In this document: positions 42,923-51,857 of the stretch, piece by piece
Layout: each line of letters opens with the position of its first letter
How positions within the stretch are numbered: position 1 is the stretch's first letter
Source: an uncultured Bacilli bacterium
GTDB taxonomy: Bacteria; Bacillota_I; Bacilli_A; RF39; UBA660
Length of the DNA stretch: 62,378 bases
Direction of reading: 5' to 3'
Assembly (NCBI GenBank): GCA_944359085.1
Contig: CALVSQ010000001.1
Coordinates: 1-62,378 of the forward strand
Position numbers and translations under genes: made by a program
Notes under the pieces: generated by a model
Database searches by the model: none
What the model was told of the DNA's origin: nothing
Seen by the model: only the letters and a program-made list of their open reading frames with translations

Positions 42923-44091
42923 TGGACTATAGTAAATTATTAAATAAATTTTCAACGCCTATGTATTTATTTGATATAGAATTATTAGAAAAAAGAATTA
43001 AATATATAAAAAGTTGTTTTGATAAAGATATTAAATTTATATATGCAATAAAAGCTAATACATTTATTTTAAAACAAATAGAAGAATTAATTGATGGCTT
43101 TGAAATATGTTCTTTTGGTGAATTTGAAATATGTAATAATTTAAAATTAAATCAAAGTAAGTTTGTTATTTCTGGAGTTAATAAAGATTTTGATTCTATA
43201 AAATATATTTTTGAAAATACAAATAAAGTTGTTAAATTTACTGTTGAATCTATAAATCAATATAAATTGTTAACTGCATTAGCAAAACAATATAATAAAA
43301 AAATAGAGTTATTAATTAGATTAACTTCTGGAAATCAATTTGGAGTTTCAGAAACAGATTTTGAACAAATAATTTCATATAGTAAAAATGAAGAAATGAT
43401 AAAGATAATAGGCATACAATATTTTTCTGGAACTCAAAAAAAATCAGTTAAAAAATTAGAAAAGGAATTGAATTATTTAGAACAATTTATTAATTATATT
43501 GAAGAAAAATATAAAATAATAATAGAAAATCTTGAGTATGGTCCAGGTGCTCCTATTTCATATTTTGTAGGTGAAGAATTCGATGAATTAGAATATTTTA
43601 AAGAGTTAAATAATATGTTAAGTAAAATTAAAAATAGAAAAATATCATTAGAAATAGGGCGGAGTATTGTTGCTTCATGCGGCTTTTATTTAACTAAAGT
43701 AGTTGATATTAAAAGTAATCAAAATGGTAACATACTTTTACTTGATGGAGGTATGAATCATTTAGTATATTATGGACAAACAATGGCCATGAGGATACCT
43801 TATTTAGAACAATACCCTATAAGAAAAGGCGAGGTAAATCATTATACTCTTTATGGTTCATTATGTACTATAAATGACATATTAATAAAAAATTTACCAC
43901 TTGAAGATGTTAAAATTAATGATGTATTTATTTTTAAAAATGTTGGTGCTTATTGTAGTACCGAAGGTATATCTTTGTTTTTAAGTAGAGAATTACCTAA
44001 AATAATATTAAAAGATAAAGATGGAAATTTTAAATTAGTAAGAGATAATATAAAAACAAGTAATTTAAATTTTCCTTATGTAGAGGAGTGA
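42922..44091 (+). CDS. PLP-dependent decarboxylase, Orn/DAP/Arg decarboxylase family 2 (LysA-like fold)
   Basis: TPMYLFD...YAIKAN (PLP-Lys), EYGPGAPISY, GRSIVASCG, LLDGGMNHL, GSLCTINDIL, GAYC. TAATG overlap with the ligase gene. Confidence 0.8.
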   Translation: MDYSKLLNKFSTPMYLFDIELLEKRIKYIKSCFDKDIKFIYAIKANTFILKQIEELIDGFEICSFGEFEICNNLKLNQSKFVISGVNKDFDSIKYIFENTNKVVKFTVESINQYKLLTALAKQYNKKIELLIRLTSGNQFGVSETDFEQIISYSKNEEMIKIIGIQYFSGTQKKSVKKLEKELNYLEQFINYIEEKYKIIIENLEYGPGAPISYFVGEEFDELEYFKELNNMLSKIKNRKISLEIGRSIVASCGFYLTKVVDIKSNQNGNILLLDGGMNHLVYYGQTMAMRIPYLEQYPIRKGEVNHYTLYGSLCTINDILIKNLPLEDVKINDVFIFKNVGAYCSTEGISLFLSRELPKIILKDKDGNFKLVRDNIKTSNLNFPYVEE

Positions 44092-44096
44092 AAATA

Positions 44097-44324
44097 ATGA
44101 ATGAATTAATCGATATATTAGAAGAACTAAAACCAGGTATAAATTATGAAACAACAGAAAATTTAATTGATGGAAGATATTTAGACTCATTAACAATTCT
44201 TTCTTTAATTTCTGAAATTGAAGATGAATTTGATGTTGAAATTCCTGCTGTTGAAATTATTCCTAATAATTTTAATTCTGCAGAAAAAATTTATAATTTA
44301 ATTCAAAAGTTAAAAAATGAATGA
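44097..44324 (+). CDS. acyl/D-alanyl carrier protein (DltC-like)
   Basis: 75 aa with the phosphopantetheine site context RYLDSLTILSLISEIEDEF. Confidence 0.75.
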   Translation: MNELIDILEELKPGINYETTENLIDGRYLDSLTILSLISEIEDEFDVEIPAVEIIPNNFNSAEKIYNLIQKLKNE

Positions 44325-45840
44325 AATTTTTAGTAAATATTACAATTTAATTTTCTTATTAGTTGTTTCTTTTAATAATTTGATTCCTAAAAAAATAAGA
44401 TCAATATTTTATTTAATTATTAGTCTTCTTTTTTTCTATATAATGAGTGGGAAACTAATAATATATTTATTGATAACAATAACAAGTATATATATATCAG
44501 CTTTATTAATAAATAAAGTTGAAGAAAAACAAAATTCATCTAAAAAAATAAAATCATTAATTTTAATTGTTTGTATTTTAATTAATTTAGCATTTTTGAT
44601 AGTATTTAAATATTTAAAATTTTTTACTATAAGTACAAACTCGATATTATCTATTTTGGGAATAAATTTTAGTTTTAATATTTTAAAATTTGTAGCACCA
44701 ATAGGTATATCTTTTTATACACTTCAAGGTTTATCTTATTTATTTGATGTGTATAATAAAAAAATCAAAGCAGAAAAAAATTTTATTAAAGTAGCATTAT
44801 TTATATCTTTCTTCCCACAAATTATGGAAGGGCCTATAGCAAGATATGAAGAAACAAGTAACGAATTATATAAAAATAAAAATTATACATATGATAGCTT
44901 TTGTTTTGGTATGCAAAGAGTAATTTGGGGAATATTTAAAAAAATGGTTATAGCAGATAGGTTAAATATAGTTGTAAAAACTGTATTTAGAGATTATCAA
45001 ATATTTAGTGGACCATTCATTTTTATTGGAGCTATGTGTTTTACAATAATGCTTTATATGGAATTTAGTGGAGCAATGGATGTTGTAATTGGTACAGGAG
45101 AAATAATAGGTGTTAAAATTCCAGAAAATTTTAGACAACCATTTTTTTCTAGAAATATATCAGAGTTTTGGACTAGATGGCATATAAGTTTAGGTAAATG
45201 GTTTAAAAATTATATTTACTTTCCTGTTTCTTTATCAAAACCGGTAAAAAAGATAAATAGTAAAGTAAAAAAAATGTTTGGAAGAAAAGTTAGCACTTTA
45301 GTTAGTAGTGGTATTGCTTTATTTGTTGTTTGGCTATTAAATGGTTTATGGCATGGAGCAGGATTAACTTTTATTTTATTTGGCTTGTATCATTTTATAT
45401 TGATTTTTTTAGGTAATATATTAAAACCATATATTGATAAGAGAATTTCTAAATTTAGTAATAATAAACTATTTAAAGTTTTGCAGAATTTTAAAGTTGC
45501 AATATTAGTTATTATAGGTGAATTAATATTTTGGTCTTTAAATGTTAAAGCATTATTTATTATGTTAAGTAAACTTTTCACTGAATTTACTATTGATAAA
45601 GCTTCATTTGTAAAATTAGGGTTAGATATACCAGACTGTATTATTTTAGTATTATCATTATCAGTTGTATTTATTGTTAGTTTATTAAAAGAAAAAAATA
45701 TTAATGTTAGAGAAGAAATAGCTAAAAAAAATATAATAATTAGATGGTCATTATATTATATTTTAATTTTTAGTATAATTCTTTTTGGAGCTTATGGTCC
45801 AGGATATCAACCAGTTGAACCAATTTATGCAGATTTTTAG
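44317..45840 (+). CDS. MBOAT-family membrane O-acyltransferase (DltB/AlgI-like)
   Basis: ISFYTLQGLSYLFDVY, FWTRWHISLGKWFKNYIYFP, NGLWHG (conserved His). Confidence 0.85.
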   Translation: MNEIFSKYYNLIFLLVVSFNNLIPKKIRSIFYLIISLLFFYIMSGKLIIYLLITITSIYISALLINKVEEKQNSSKKIKSLILIVCILINLAFLIVFKYLKFFTISTNSILSILGINFSFNILKFVAPIGISFYTLQGLSYLFDVYNKKIKAEKNFIKVALFISFFPQIMEGPIARYEETSNELYKNKNYTYDSFCFGMQRVIWGIFKKMVIADRLNIVVKTVFRDYQIFSGPFIFIGAMCFTIMLYMEFSGAMDVVIGTGEIIGVKIPENFRQPFFSRNISEFWTRWHISLGKWFKNYIYFPVSLSKPVKKINSKVKKMFGRKVSTLVSSGIALFVVWLLNGLWHGAGLTFILFGLYHFILIFLGNILKPYIDKRISKFSNNKLFKVLQNFKVAILVIIGELIFWSLNVKALFIMLSKLFTEFTIDKASFVKLGLDIPDCIILVLSLSVVFIVSLLKEKNINVREEIAKKNIIIRWSLYYILIFSIILFGAYGPGYQPVEPIYADF

Positions 45841-45848
45841 GAGGGTAT

Positions 45849-46769
45849 ATGAAAAAAGTATTGAAGATTTTTATGTTTGTTTTGATTTTTGTAATATTAC
45901 TTTTTATATTTTCATATTTACTATCACCTAAATATAATTTAAAAAAATTTGGTTTTGTAAAAAATTCTTTATATAGTATATTAAGTGAAAAGCCTAATAC
46001 AATAGATGTTGTTGCGGTTGGTGATAGTCTTGTCTATTCATCAATTTCACCAATGGAAATATATGGTGAATATGGTTATACTGTTTTTGATTGTTCAAAA
46101 CCAGCTCAGTTAGTAACAGAAGCGTATAATTATTATAAGGTGGCTGTTGAAAGTCAAAAACCTAAAGTAGCCTTTATTGAAGCAAATATATTGTTTAGAA
46201 ATATAAGTAAAACAAATGGTATTAGTAAAACAAGGGATATATTAAAAAGTTCAATTCCTTTGTTTGTTTATCATGACGATTGGAAAAAAATAATAGTCGG
46301 TAATAATGTTGAAAATAATTTAAAAGGTTTTGTTTATAGTAAGAAAATACAATCTGGAACTTTAGAAGAATACATGATAAAAACAGATGAAACAAAAATT
46401 ATTCCCAAGGAAAATTTAGATTATTTAAATAAAATAATTAAATTGTCAAAAGAAAATAATATAAAAATAATATTTGTAGGACTACCTAGTCAAAAATCTT
46501 GGAATTATGAAAAACACAATGCAGTAGAAAAATTGTCTAAAAAATTACAGATTGAATATATTAACTTAAATATGATAGAAGAAGTAGATATTGATTGGCA
46601 AAAAGATACTAGGGATAAAGGGGATCATTTGAATTATTTTGGTGCAAAAAAAGTTTCAAAATATTTAGGTGAATATTTAAAAAAATTAAATATAATTTCT
46701 AGTAAGAAAAACGATTCAAATTATAATGATTGGAATATACTTTATGAAAAATATAAAAATTTAGATTAG
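45849..46769 (+). CDS. membrane-anchored SGNH/DHHW-AlgJ-DltD-like accessory acyl-transfer protein
   Basis: N-terminal TM, AVGDSLVYSS block, C-terminal KGDHLNYFGAKK block resembling DHHW/AlgJ-type motifs. Confidence 0.5.
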   Translation: MKKVLKIFMFVLIFVILLFIFSYLLSPKYNLKKFGFVKNSLYSILSEKPNTIDVVAVGDSLVYSSISPMEIYGEYGYTVFDCSKPAQLVTEAYNYYKVAVESQKPKVAFIEANILFRNISKTNGISKTRDILKSSIPLFVYHDDWKKIIVGNNVENNLKGFVYSKKIQSGTLEEYMIKTDETKIIPKENLDYLNKIIKLSKENNIKIIFVGLPSQKSWNYEKHNAVEKLSKKLQIEYINLNMIEEVDIDWQKDTRDKGDHLNYFGAKKVSKYLGEYLKKLNIISSKKNDSNYNDWNILYEKYKNLD

Positions 46770-47110
46770 TATAATATTACACTGGCGATTGCATATTCTC
46801 CATCGTGAGAAATGGAAACACTTATATTATGATTTAAATTTTTTAATTCATTATGTAATAATATTTCAGGACAATTATTAGAATCGTGTGTTATTTCTAT
46901 ATTTTTTAAGGAACAGTTCTCTATTCCTTTTTTTAATGCTTTTAAAAAAGCTTCTTTAGCGGCAAACATTCCTGCTATAGTGGAATTATTATAATTTCTT
47001 TTTTCTATATAATTTAATTCTCTTTGAGTAAATGTATTACTCATAAAAGTTGTATTGCTTTTTAATTTTTCAAATCTATTAATTTGAATTATATCTATTC
47101 CATTTGTCAT
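46766..47110 (-). CDS. acpS: holo-[acyl-carrier-protein] synthase
   Basis: GIDIIQINRF...FTQRELNY...FAAKEAFLKAL...SISHDGEYA. ATG follows AGGTGA. Confidence 0.85.
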   Translation of the reverse strand: MTNGIDIIQINRFEKLKSNTTFMSNTFTQRELNYIEKRNYNNSTIAGMFAAKEAFLKALKKGIENCSLKNIEITHDSNNCPEILLHNELKNLNHNISVSISHDGEYAIASVILY

Positions 47111-47232
47111 AAAAATCACCTATAAATATTATAATATAAAATTTAATATAAAGAAATATTTATTAATTTATTTAGATGTTTTGTTTGATAGTATAATGTA
47201 TAACAATAAAAAATAGATTTTATTAAATATAG

Positions 47233-47265
47233 TTTATAGAGCAGATATAAAAATCTACTTGTTTT
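47233..47265 (+). repeat. degenerate third copy of the terminator-type repeat
   Basis: TTTATAGAGCAGATATAAAAATCTACTTGTTTT followed by TATGATATAAT. Confidence 0.5.
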
Positions 47266-47327
47266 ATGATATAATGGTATATAAGAAGGAAGTGATTCTA
47301 TGTTTGAAAATAAAACAAATATCAATT

Positions 47328-47362
47328 GGTTGATACCGATTTATTGCAACCCCTTTAAAAAT
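47328..47362 (+). repeat. direct repeat R1 (TGATACC-N5-ATTGCAACCCCTTT)
   Basis: Shares the TGATACC and ATTGCAACCCCTTT blocks with 47484..47518. Confidence 0.75.
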
Positions 47363-47483
47363 CCTTGTAAATAAAGGAATTGTTAGATTTTAGATCTTAC
47401 ACGTTTTAGCTCAAAATAGTTAAAATTTGAGTAAAAATGATAAAAACATCATATTTTTAAGGCTTTTTAGTAGGACTATTAAT

Positions 47484-47518
47484 AAGGTGATACCACCATT
47501 GCAACCCCTTTTACAAAT
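47484..47518 (+). repeat. direct repeat R2 (TGATACC-N3-ATTGCAACCCCTTT)
   Basis: See R1. Confidence 0.75.
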
Positions 47519-47588
47519 AAGTTAGCTAATTTTTTATAAAAATACTATAATTAAAAAATATAAAGATTGCTAAAGGAAGGTGATAATT

Positions 47589-48179
47589 ATGATAGTTATA
47601 TTTGAAGGATTGGATAATTGTGGAAAAACTACTTTAGTTCAAATGTTAAATAAATATTATTCTAGTATAGAAATAGAAACTGAAATTTCGAAAGAGTTTG
47701 AAACTAATATTGGAAAAGAATTAAAAAATATGGCAAAAGAAGGCAAATTAGATCCAATTTTAAAAGCTTATTTATTTGCAACTGATAGATATATAAGAAT
47801 GAAAGAAATATCTAAACAAGATTTGGAAAGTAAAATAATAATGTTTGATCGCTATGTTCCGTCTGCACTTGCATATAGAATGGCGGAAGGAGTGGATAAA
47901 GAATGGGTGTCTAATATTAATTCTATTTTTCCAAAAGCAGATATTGGATTTTTTATCGATATTTCTCCAGATGAATCAGTTAAAAGAAACACAGATACGA
48001 AGTTTAATATAAAAGCAACACCTGAACATCTTAGTAAAGTTAGAAATTCTTATTTATCAATTTTAGATGAAAATAATTTAATATATATTAACGGAATGAG
48101 ACCAATAGAAGAAATTTTTAATGATGTATTGTCAAAAATAGAGGAGTATAGAAAAGTAAATGGAAAACGAATTAAATGA
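47589..48179 (+). CDS. tmk: thymidylate (dTMP) kinase-like protein
   Basis: VIFEGLDNCGKTT (P-loop), DRYVPSALAY, lid-region pattern. Confidence 0.75.
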   Translation: MIVIFEGLDNCGKTTLVQMLNKYYSSIEIETEISKEFETNIGKELKNMAKEGKLDPILKAYLFATDRYIRMKEISKQDLESKIIMFDRYVPSALAYRMAEGVDKEWVSNINSIFPKADIGFFIDISPDESVKRNTDTKFNIKATPEHLSKVRNSYLSILDENNLIYINGMRPIEEIFNDVLSKIEEYRKVNGKRIK

Positions 48180-48747
48180 ACTAATAAGGAATTTAGAAAA
48201 ATGTAAATTATGCAAAGAAAAATTCGGTTTTGAACCTCATCCTATTTTTTTGGGTAATGTTAATTCTAAAATAGTGCAAATAAGTCAAGCACCTTCAGCG
48301 ACAGTTCATGAAACCTTAAAACCATTTACAGATCAAAGTGGTAAAAAATTAAAATATGAGTGGTATCAAATATCAGATGAAGAGTTTTATAACCCAGATA
48401 ATTTTTATATAGCTGCACTTGCACATTGTTATCCTGGTAAAGACAAAAATGGAAATGATAGAATGCCACCTAAAATTTGTTATGAAACATGGATAAAGAA
48501 AGAACTTGAACTTATTAATAATGAAATATATGTAATAATAGGTGCTAAATCAGCTAAAACATTCTTTCCAAAAGATAATTTTAATGAATTAATTTTTAAA
48601 GATAATTATATCAATGGTAAGTTAGCAATTGTATTACCACATCCTTCACCACTTAATATTAAATGGTTTAAGGATCATCCTGAATTTATGCAAGATAGAA
48701 TAATTAAAGTTAGAAAAATAATAAAGACAGTATTGGAGGTAAAATAA
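48160..48747 (+). CDS. uracil-DNA glycosylase superfamily protein
   Basis: CKLCKE..., IVQISQAPS (GxAPG-like), HCYPG, VLPHPSPLN motif B. Confidence 0.65.
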   Translation: MENELNELIRNLEKCKLCKEKFGFEPHPIFLGNVNSKIVQISQAPSATVHETLKPFTDQSGKKLKYEWYQISDEEFYNPDNFYIAALAHCYPGKDKNGNDRMPPKICYETWIKKELELINNEIYVIIGAKSAKTFFPKDNFNELIFKDNYINGKLAIVLPHPSPLNIKWFKDHPEFMQDRIIKVRKIIKTVLEVK

Positions 48748-49059
48748 ATGATAGATTTAAATAAAATACAAAAAGATGTATATCAAAATAAATTAGATAA
48801 AGGTTTTAATGTCACTGATATTAATAAAGAATTTTGTTTAACATATGGAGAGATGGCGGAAGCATATGAAGCGTGGCGCAAAAAGAAAGATGATGTTGGT
48901 GAAGAAATAGCTGATGTTGTAATATATCTTTTGGGTTTGTCTGAAATATTGCACATTGATTTAGAAAAATAAATACTAAGAAAAATAAATAAAAATAAGC
49001 ATAGAGAATACAAAGTTATTGATGGTGTTAATACTAGAGTAAAAGAATATGAAGAATAA
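48748..49059 (+). pseudogene. MazG-like all-alpha NTP pyrophosphohydrolase with in-frame TAA at 48970-48972
   Basis: EMAEAYEAWRKKKDDVGEEIADVVIYLLGL core. After the TAA the same frame continues ILRKINKNKHREYKVIDGVNTRVKEYEE-stop, which looks like the family's normal C-terminus. Confidence 0.55.
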
Positions 49060-49210
49060 TATAGATGAATTAGAATTTGAAAAAGAATTTTTAGATAATT
49101 TTCAAATATTCTTAAAAAATTATTAATTAAAATAATACAAAAATTATAATAAGAAGCAGGGGAAAGTCCTGTTTTTTTATGTTATAATATAGTGCAATGG
49201 GTGATATGTA

Positions 49211-50428
49211 ATGAAGTGGAATGTAGCAGTATATTTAAGAGTTTCTAAAGAAGTAGATGATTTGTGTGAGACTAACAGTTTAGATAACCAAAAACTGATA
49301 ATTGAAAATTTTGTAAATAACAATCGAGATTTAGTTATTAAAGATTATTATATTGATAATGGATATAGTGGCACAAATATGGAAAGACCTGCATTAGAGC
49401 AAATGATGGGTGATATACATAATGGAAAAATAAATTGTGTAATCGTTAAAGATATGTCTCGATTTGCAAGAAATTATGCATGGTGCCAAATATATTTAGG
49501 AGAACGTTTTCCAAGTAATAACGTAAGATTTATTTCTGTAAATGATAATTTAGATAGTTTAGAAAATCCTAATTATACTGATAAACTGGAATTTGTTTTG
49601 TTAAATCTTGTTTATGAACATTATGCTATTGAAGCTTCTGAAAAAGTAACAACAATAAAAAGAATGCAACAAAAAAACGGAGATTATTTAGGAGTATCTG
49701 CACCATATGGATATATTAAAGATCCAAATGATGGTCATAAAGTTTTAATAGATGATTATGCATCAAAGATAGTAAAACGAATTTTTGATATGTCTTTAGA
49801 GTGCAAGAGTAGAAATGAAATAGCAGATATATTAAATGATGAATGTGTATTACCACCTTCTAAATATAAAGCTGAAATTATTAAAGTAACAAGTTTATCT
49901 ACTAAGATAGCAGAAAAGTGGCAACCAAACATGATTAGAGAAATATTAAAAAATGAATTTTATATTGGTAATATGGCCCAAGGAAAAGTAAGAAAACCTA
50001 CTAGAAGATTAAATAAACTTGTAAAAGTGTCTAAAGATGATTGGATAGTGGTAGAAAATACGCACGAAGCTATCATAGATAAAAATGATTTTGAGACAGT
50101 TCAAAGAATATTAGAATATACTCCAACTATGTTAAATTCTAATGATATTTTATTAAGATATTTGAAATGTCCTAAGTGTGGTAGTAAGTTCTATAAGAGA
50201 AAAACCAAATATAATGAGTATTACTATTGCAATAATTATTATCGAACTAAACAATGTAATAATAGCAACTCAATTGTTAAGTCTATTATAGAAGGAATTG
50301 TTTTAGATGATTTAAAAAGTAGGATGAATAAAGATATAAAAAGATTAACTAATGAAACTGTTGAACAAAATATTAATCAGATTTATGTATATGATAGTGG
50401 TAGAGTGGAAATTGATTATAAAAAATAA
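49211..50428 (+). CDS. serine recombinase (C), 405 aa
   Basis: VAVYLRVSKE...NQ, VKDMSRFARN, recombinase domain, zinc ribbon CPKCG...CNNYYRTKQC. Shorter tail than A and B. Confidence 0.85.
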   Translation: MKWNVAVYLRVSKEVDDLCETNSLDNQKLIIENFVNNNRDLVIKDYYIDNGYSGTNMERPALEQMMGDIHNGKINCVIVKDMSRFARNYAWCQIYLGERFPSNNVRFISVNDNLDSLENPNYTDKLEFVLLNLVYEHYAIEASEKVTTIKRMQQKNGDYLGVSAPYGYIKDPNDGHKVLIDDYASKIVKRIFDMSLECKSRNEIADILNDECVLPPSKYKAEIIKVTSLSTKIAEKWQPNMIREILKNEFYIGNMAQGKVRKPTRRLNKLVKVSKDDWIVVENTHEAIIDKNDFETVQRILEYTPTMLNSNDILLRYLKCPKCGSKFYKRKTKYNEYYYCNNYYRTKQCNNSNSIVKSIIEGIVLDDLKSRMNKDIKRLTNETVEQNINQIYVYDSGRVEIDYKK

Positions 50429-50591
50429 ATAAAAATTTCTTATTTTTATACTTATATATATATTTATAAATATATATATAAATATAATTTTTTTGGTCTG
50501 AAAAAAGTTTAAAAATAACTATTGACTTTTTATTTTTTAGTATATAAAATGGCACTAGTTAGAGCTTTAACTTTAGGGAGGTTTAGAATAT

Positions 50592-51812
50592 ATGCTAATA
50601 GAATATATGGGAAAAAATAATATTGAACGTTTAGCTTTAGTTGGGACGAATTCACAAGGAAAGTCATATACTATTTCTCAAGAATTCAAGGGTGCTATTG
50701 CTAAACAAACAATTCTTGTTGCAAATGAAGTAAAAGCAGATGAAAATTTAAAAAATACTGCGGATTCTTCAACTTTAATTAATTGGCTAAATACGTTGCT
50801 TGATAACACTAATGCAAAAAAAGCCATTCAAGATGAAATTGATAAAATTGATCTTGATTCAATTAATGATGATAGCTTTTTAAGTATCTCTATTAATAAT
50901 AACTTGGATTCATATAAAGATATTGTAAATGCTGAAATAAAAACAGATTCAAACCAATGGAAAAAACCAGGTTCTGGTGAAAGATTTTTGGGGCAATTAT
51001 TATTAATATCAAAAATATTAGAAGATAATCATGCTCAAAGTTATAAATATTTGGTTATCGATGAACCAGAGCAACATTTACATCCTTCTCTTTATATAAA
51101 AGTAGCTAAAATATTAAACAAGATATCTACTCAAGGTATAAAAGTTATTATCGCTTCTCATTCACCTGTAATTACTCAATATTTTATAGAGGAAACAAAT
51201 GAATTATGTAAGGTTATAGATGGAACATGTAACTTTTTACCTAAAATAGATGAATTAATAACATTATCACAAAGTTTTGATTGTTATCAAAAAGAAGAAT
51301 TAAAATTAAAAAGTTATAATTCTATTGAAACTAAATACAGTATGTATTTTAAAAATTTTGTTCTTCCAATAGTTTTAAATTCTTTGTTTTGCAATTGTAT
51401 GATTTTGGGTGAGGGTGCAATGGAAAGAAAAGTATTTGATATCTATTTATTAAAATATGCTTCAACAATGAAGAATAATGATGTTAATTATGCCATAGTG
51501 GATGGCAAAATTTTCTTTCCATTAGTGATTAGTGTTTTGAAGAAAGTTGGTACAAAAGTTATAACAATACATGATTTAGATGATGAGGGTAATCCAGCTC
51601 ATGCGTATTTAAATAGTGTTATTAAAGAATTATCTGATGAAGTTATTGCTTTTAAACCAAAGATTGAAAAATTTTTAGAAATTACTAAAGACATGTGTAA
51701 TGGTAAATATAGAGAGTCTATTATATTGATAAATGAGTTTTATTTAGATGACAATGAAAAACTTAATCTGTTGTTGGAACTAATAGACAAAGCGAGAGAA
51801 AAAATAAATTAA
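50592..51812 (+). CDS. OLD-family ATP-dependent endonuclease (ABC-type ATPase + Toprim), compact 406 aa
   Basis: Walker A GTNSQGKS, Walker B/D-loop YLVIDEPEQHLHP, H-loop ASHSP, Toprim-like ILGEGAMERKVF ... IHDLDDEG. Confidence 0.65.
   Translation: MLIEYMGKNNIERLALVGTNSQGKSYTISQEFKGAIAKQTILVANEVKADENLKNTADSSTLINWLNTLLDNTNAKKAIQDEIDKIDLDSINDDSFLSISINNNLDSYKDIVNAEIKTDSNQWKKPGSGERFLGQLLLISKILEDNHAQSYKYLVIDEPEQHLHPSLYIKVAKILNKISTQGIKVIIASHSPVITQYFIEETNELCKVIDGTCNFLPKIDELITLSQSFDCYQKEELKLKSYNSIETKYSMYFKNFVLPIVLNSLFCNCMILGEGAMERKVFDIYLLKYASTMKNNDVNYAIVDGKIFFPLVISVLKKVGTKVITIHDLDDEGNPAHAYLNSVIKELSDEVIAFKPKIEKFLEITKDMCNGKYRESIILINEFYLDDNEKLNLLLELIDKAREKIN
51789..51810 (+). repeat. 22-nt direct repeat, copy 1 (inside the last codons of the OLD gene)
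   Basis: AAAGCGAGAGAAAAAATAAATT vs AAAGCGAGAGGAAATATAAATT at 51858-51879 (20/22). Confidence 0.8.
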
Positions 51813-51857
51813 AAATGGTATTTTAAAAGAATGGATAAATCTGTTCTTTTTTTATAC

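Larger units (their letters stand above)
47328..51857. mobile_element. phage-like remnant / small island (nucleotide-metabolism genes, serine recombinase, OLD nuclease)
   Basis: Gene content. Right edge is marked by a 22-nt direct repeat (51789-51810 / 51858-51879). Left edge is uncertain. Confidence 0.45.

Noticed and set aside
47143-47325. 60-aa minus-strand ORF between acpS and the phage-like block
   Set aside because: It spans a terminator-type repeat and a promoter box, has a low-complexity Tyr/Leu-rich product and has no RBS.
50440-50480. TA-rich low-complexity stretch (TATATATATATTTATAAATATATATATAAATATAAT) between recombinase C and the OLD gene
   Set aside because: It is simple-sequence AT DNA, expected in this genome. 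There is no defined repeat unit or flanking structure, though it possibly contributes to promoter curvature.
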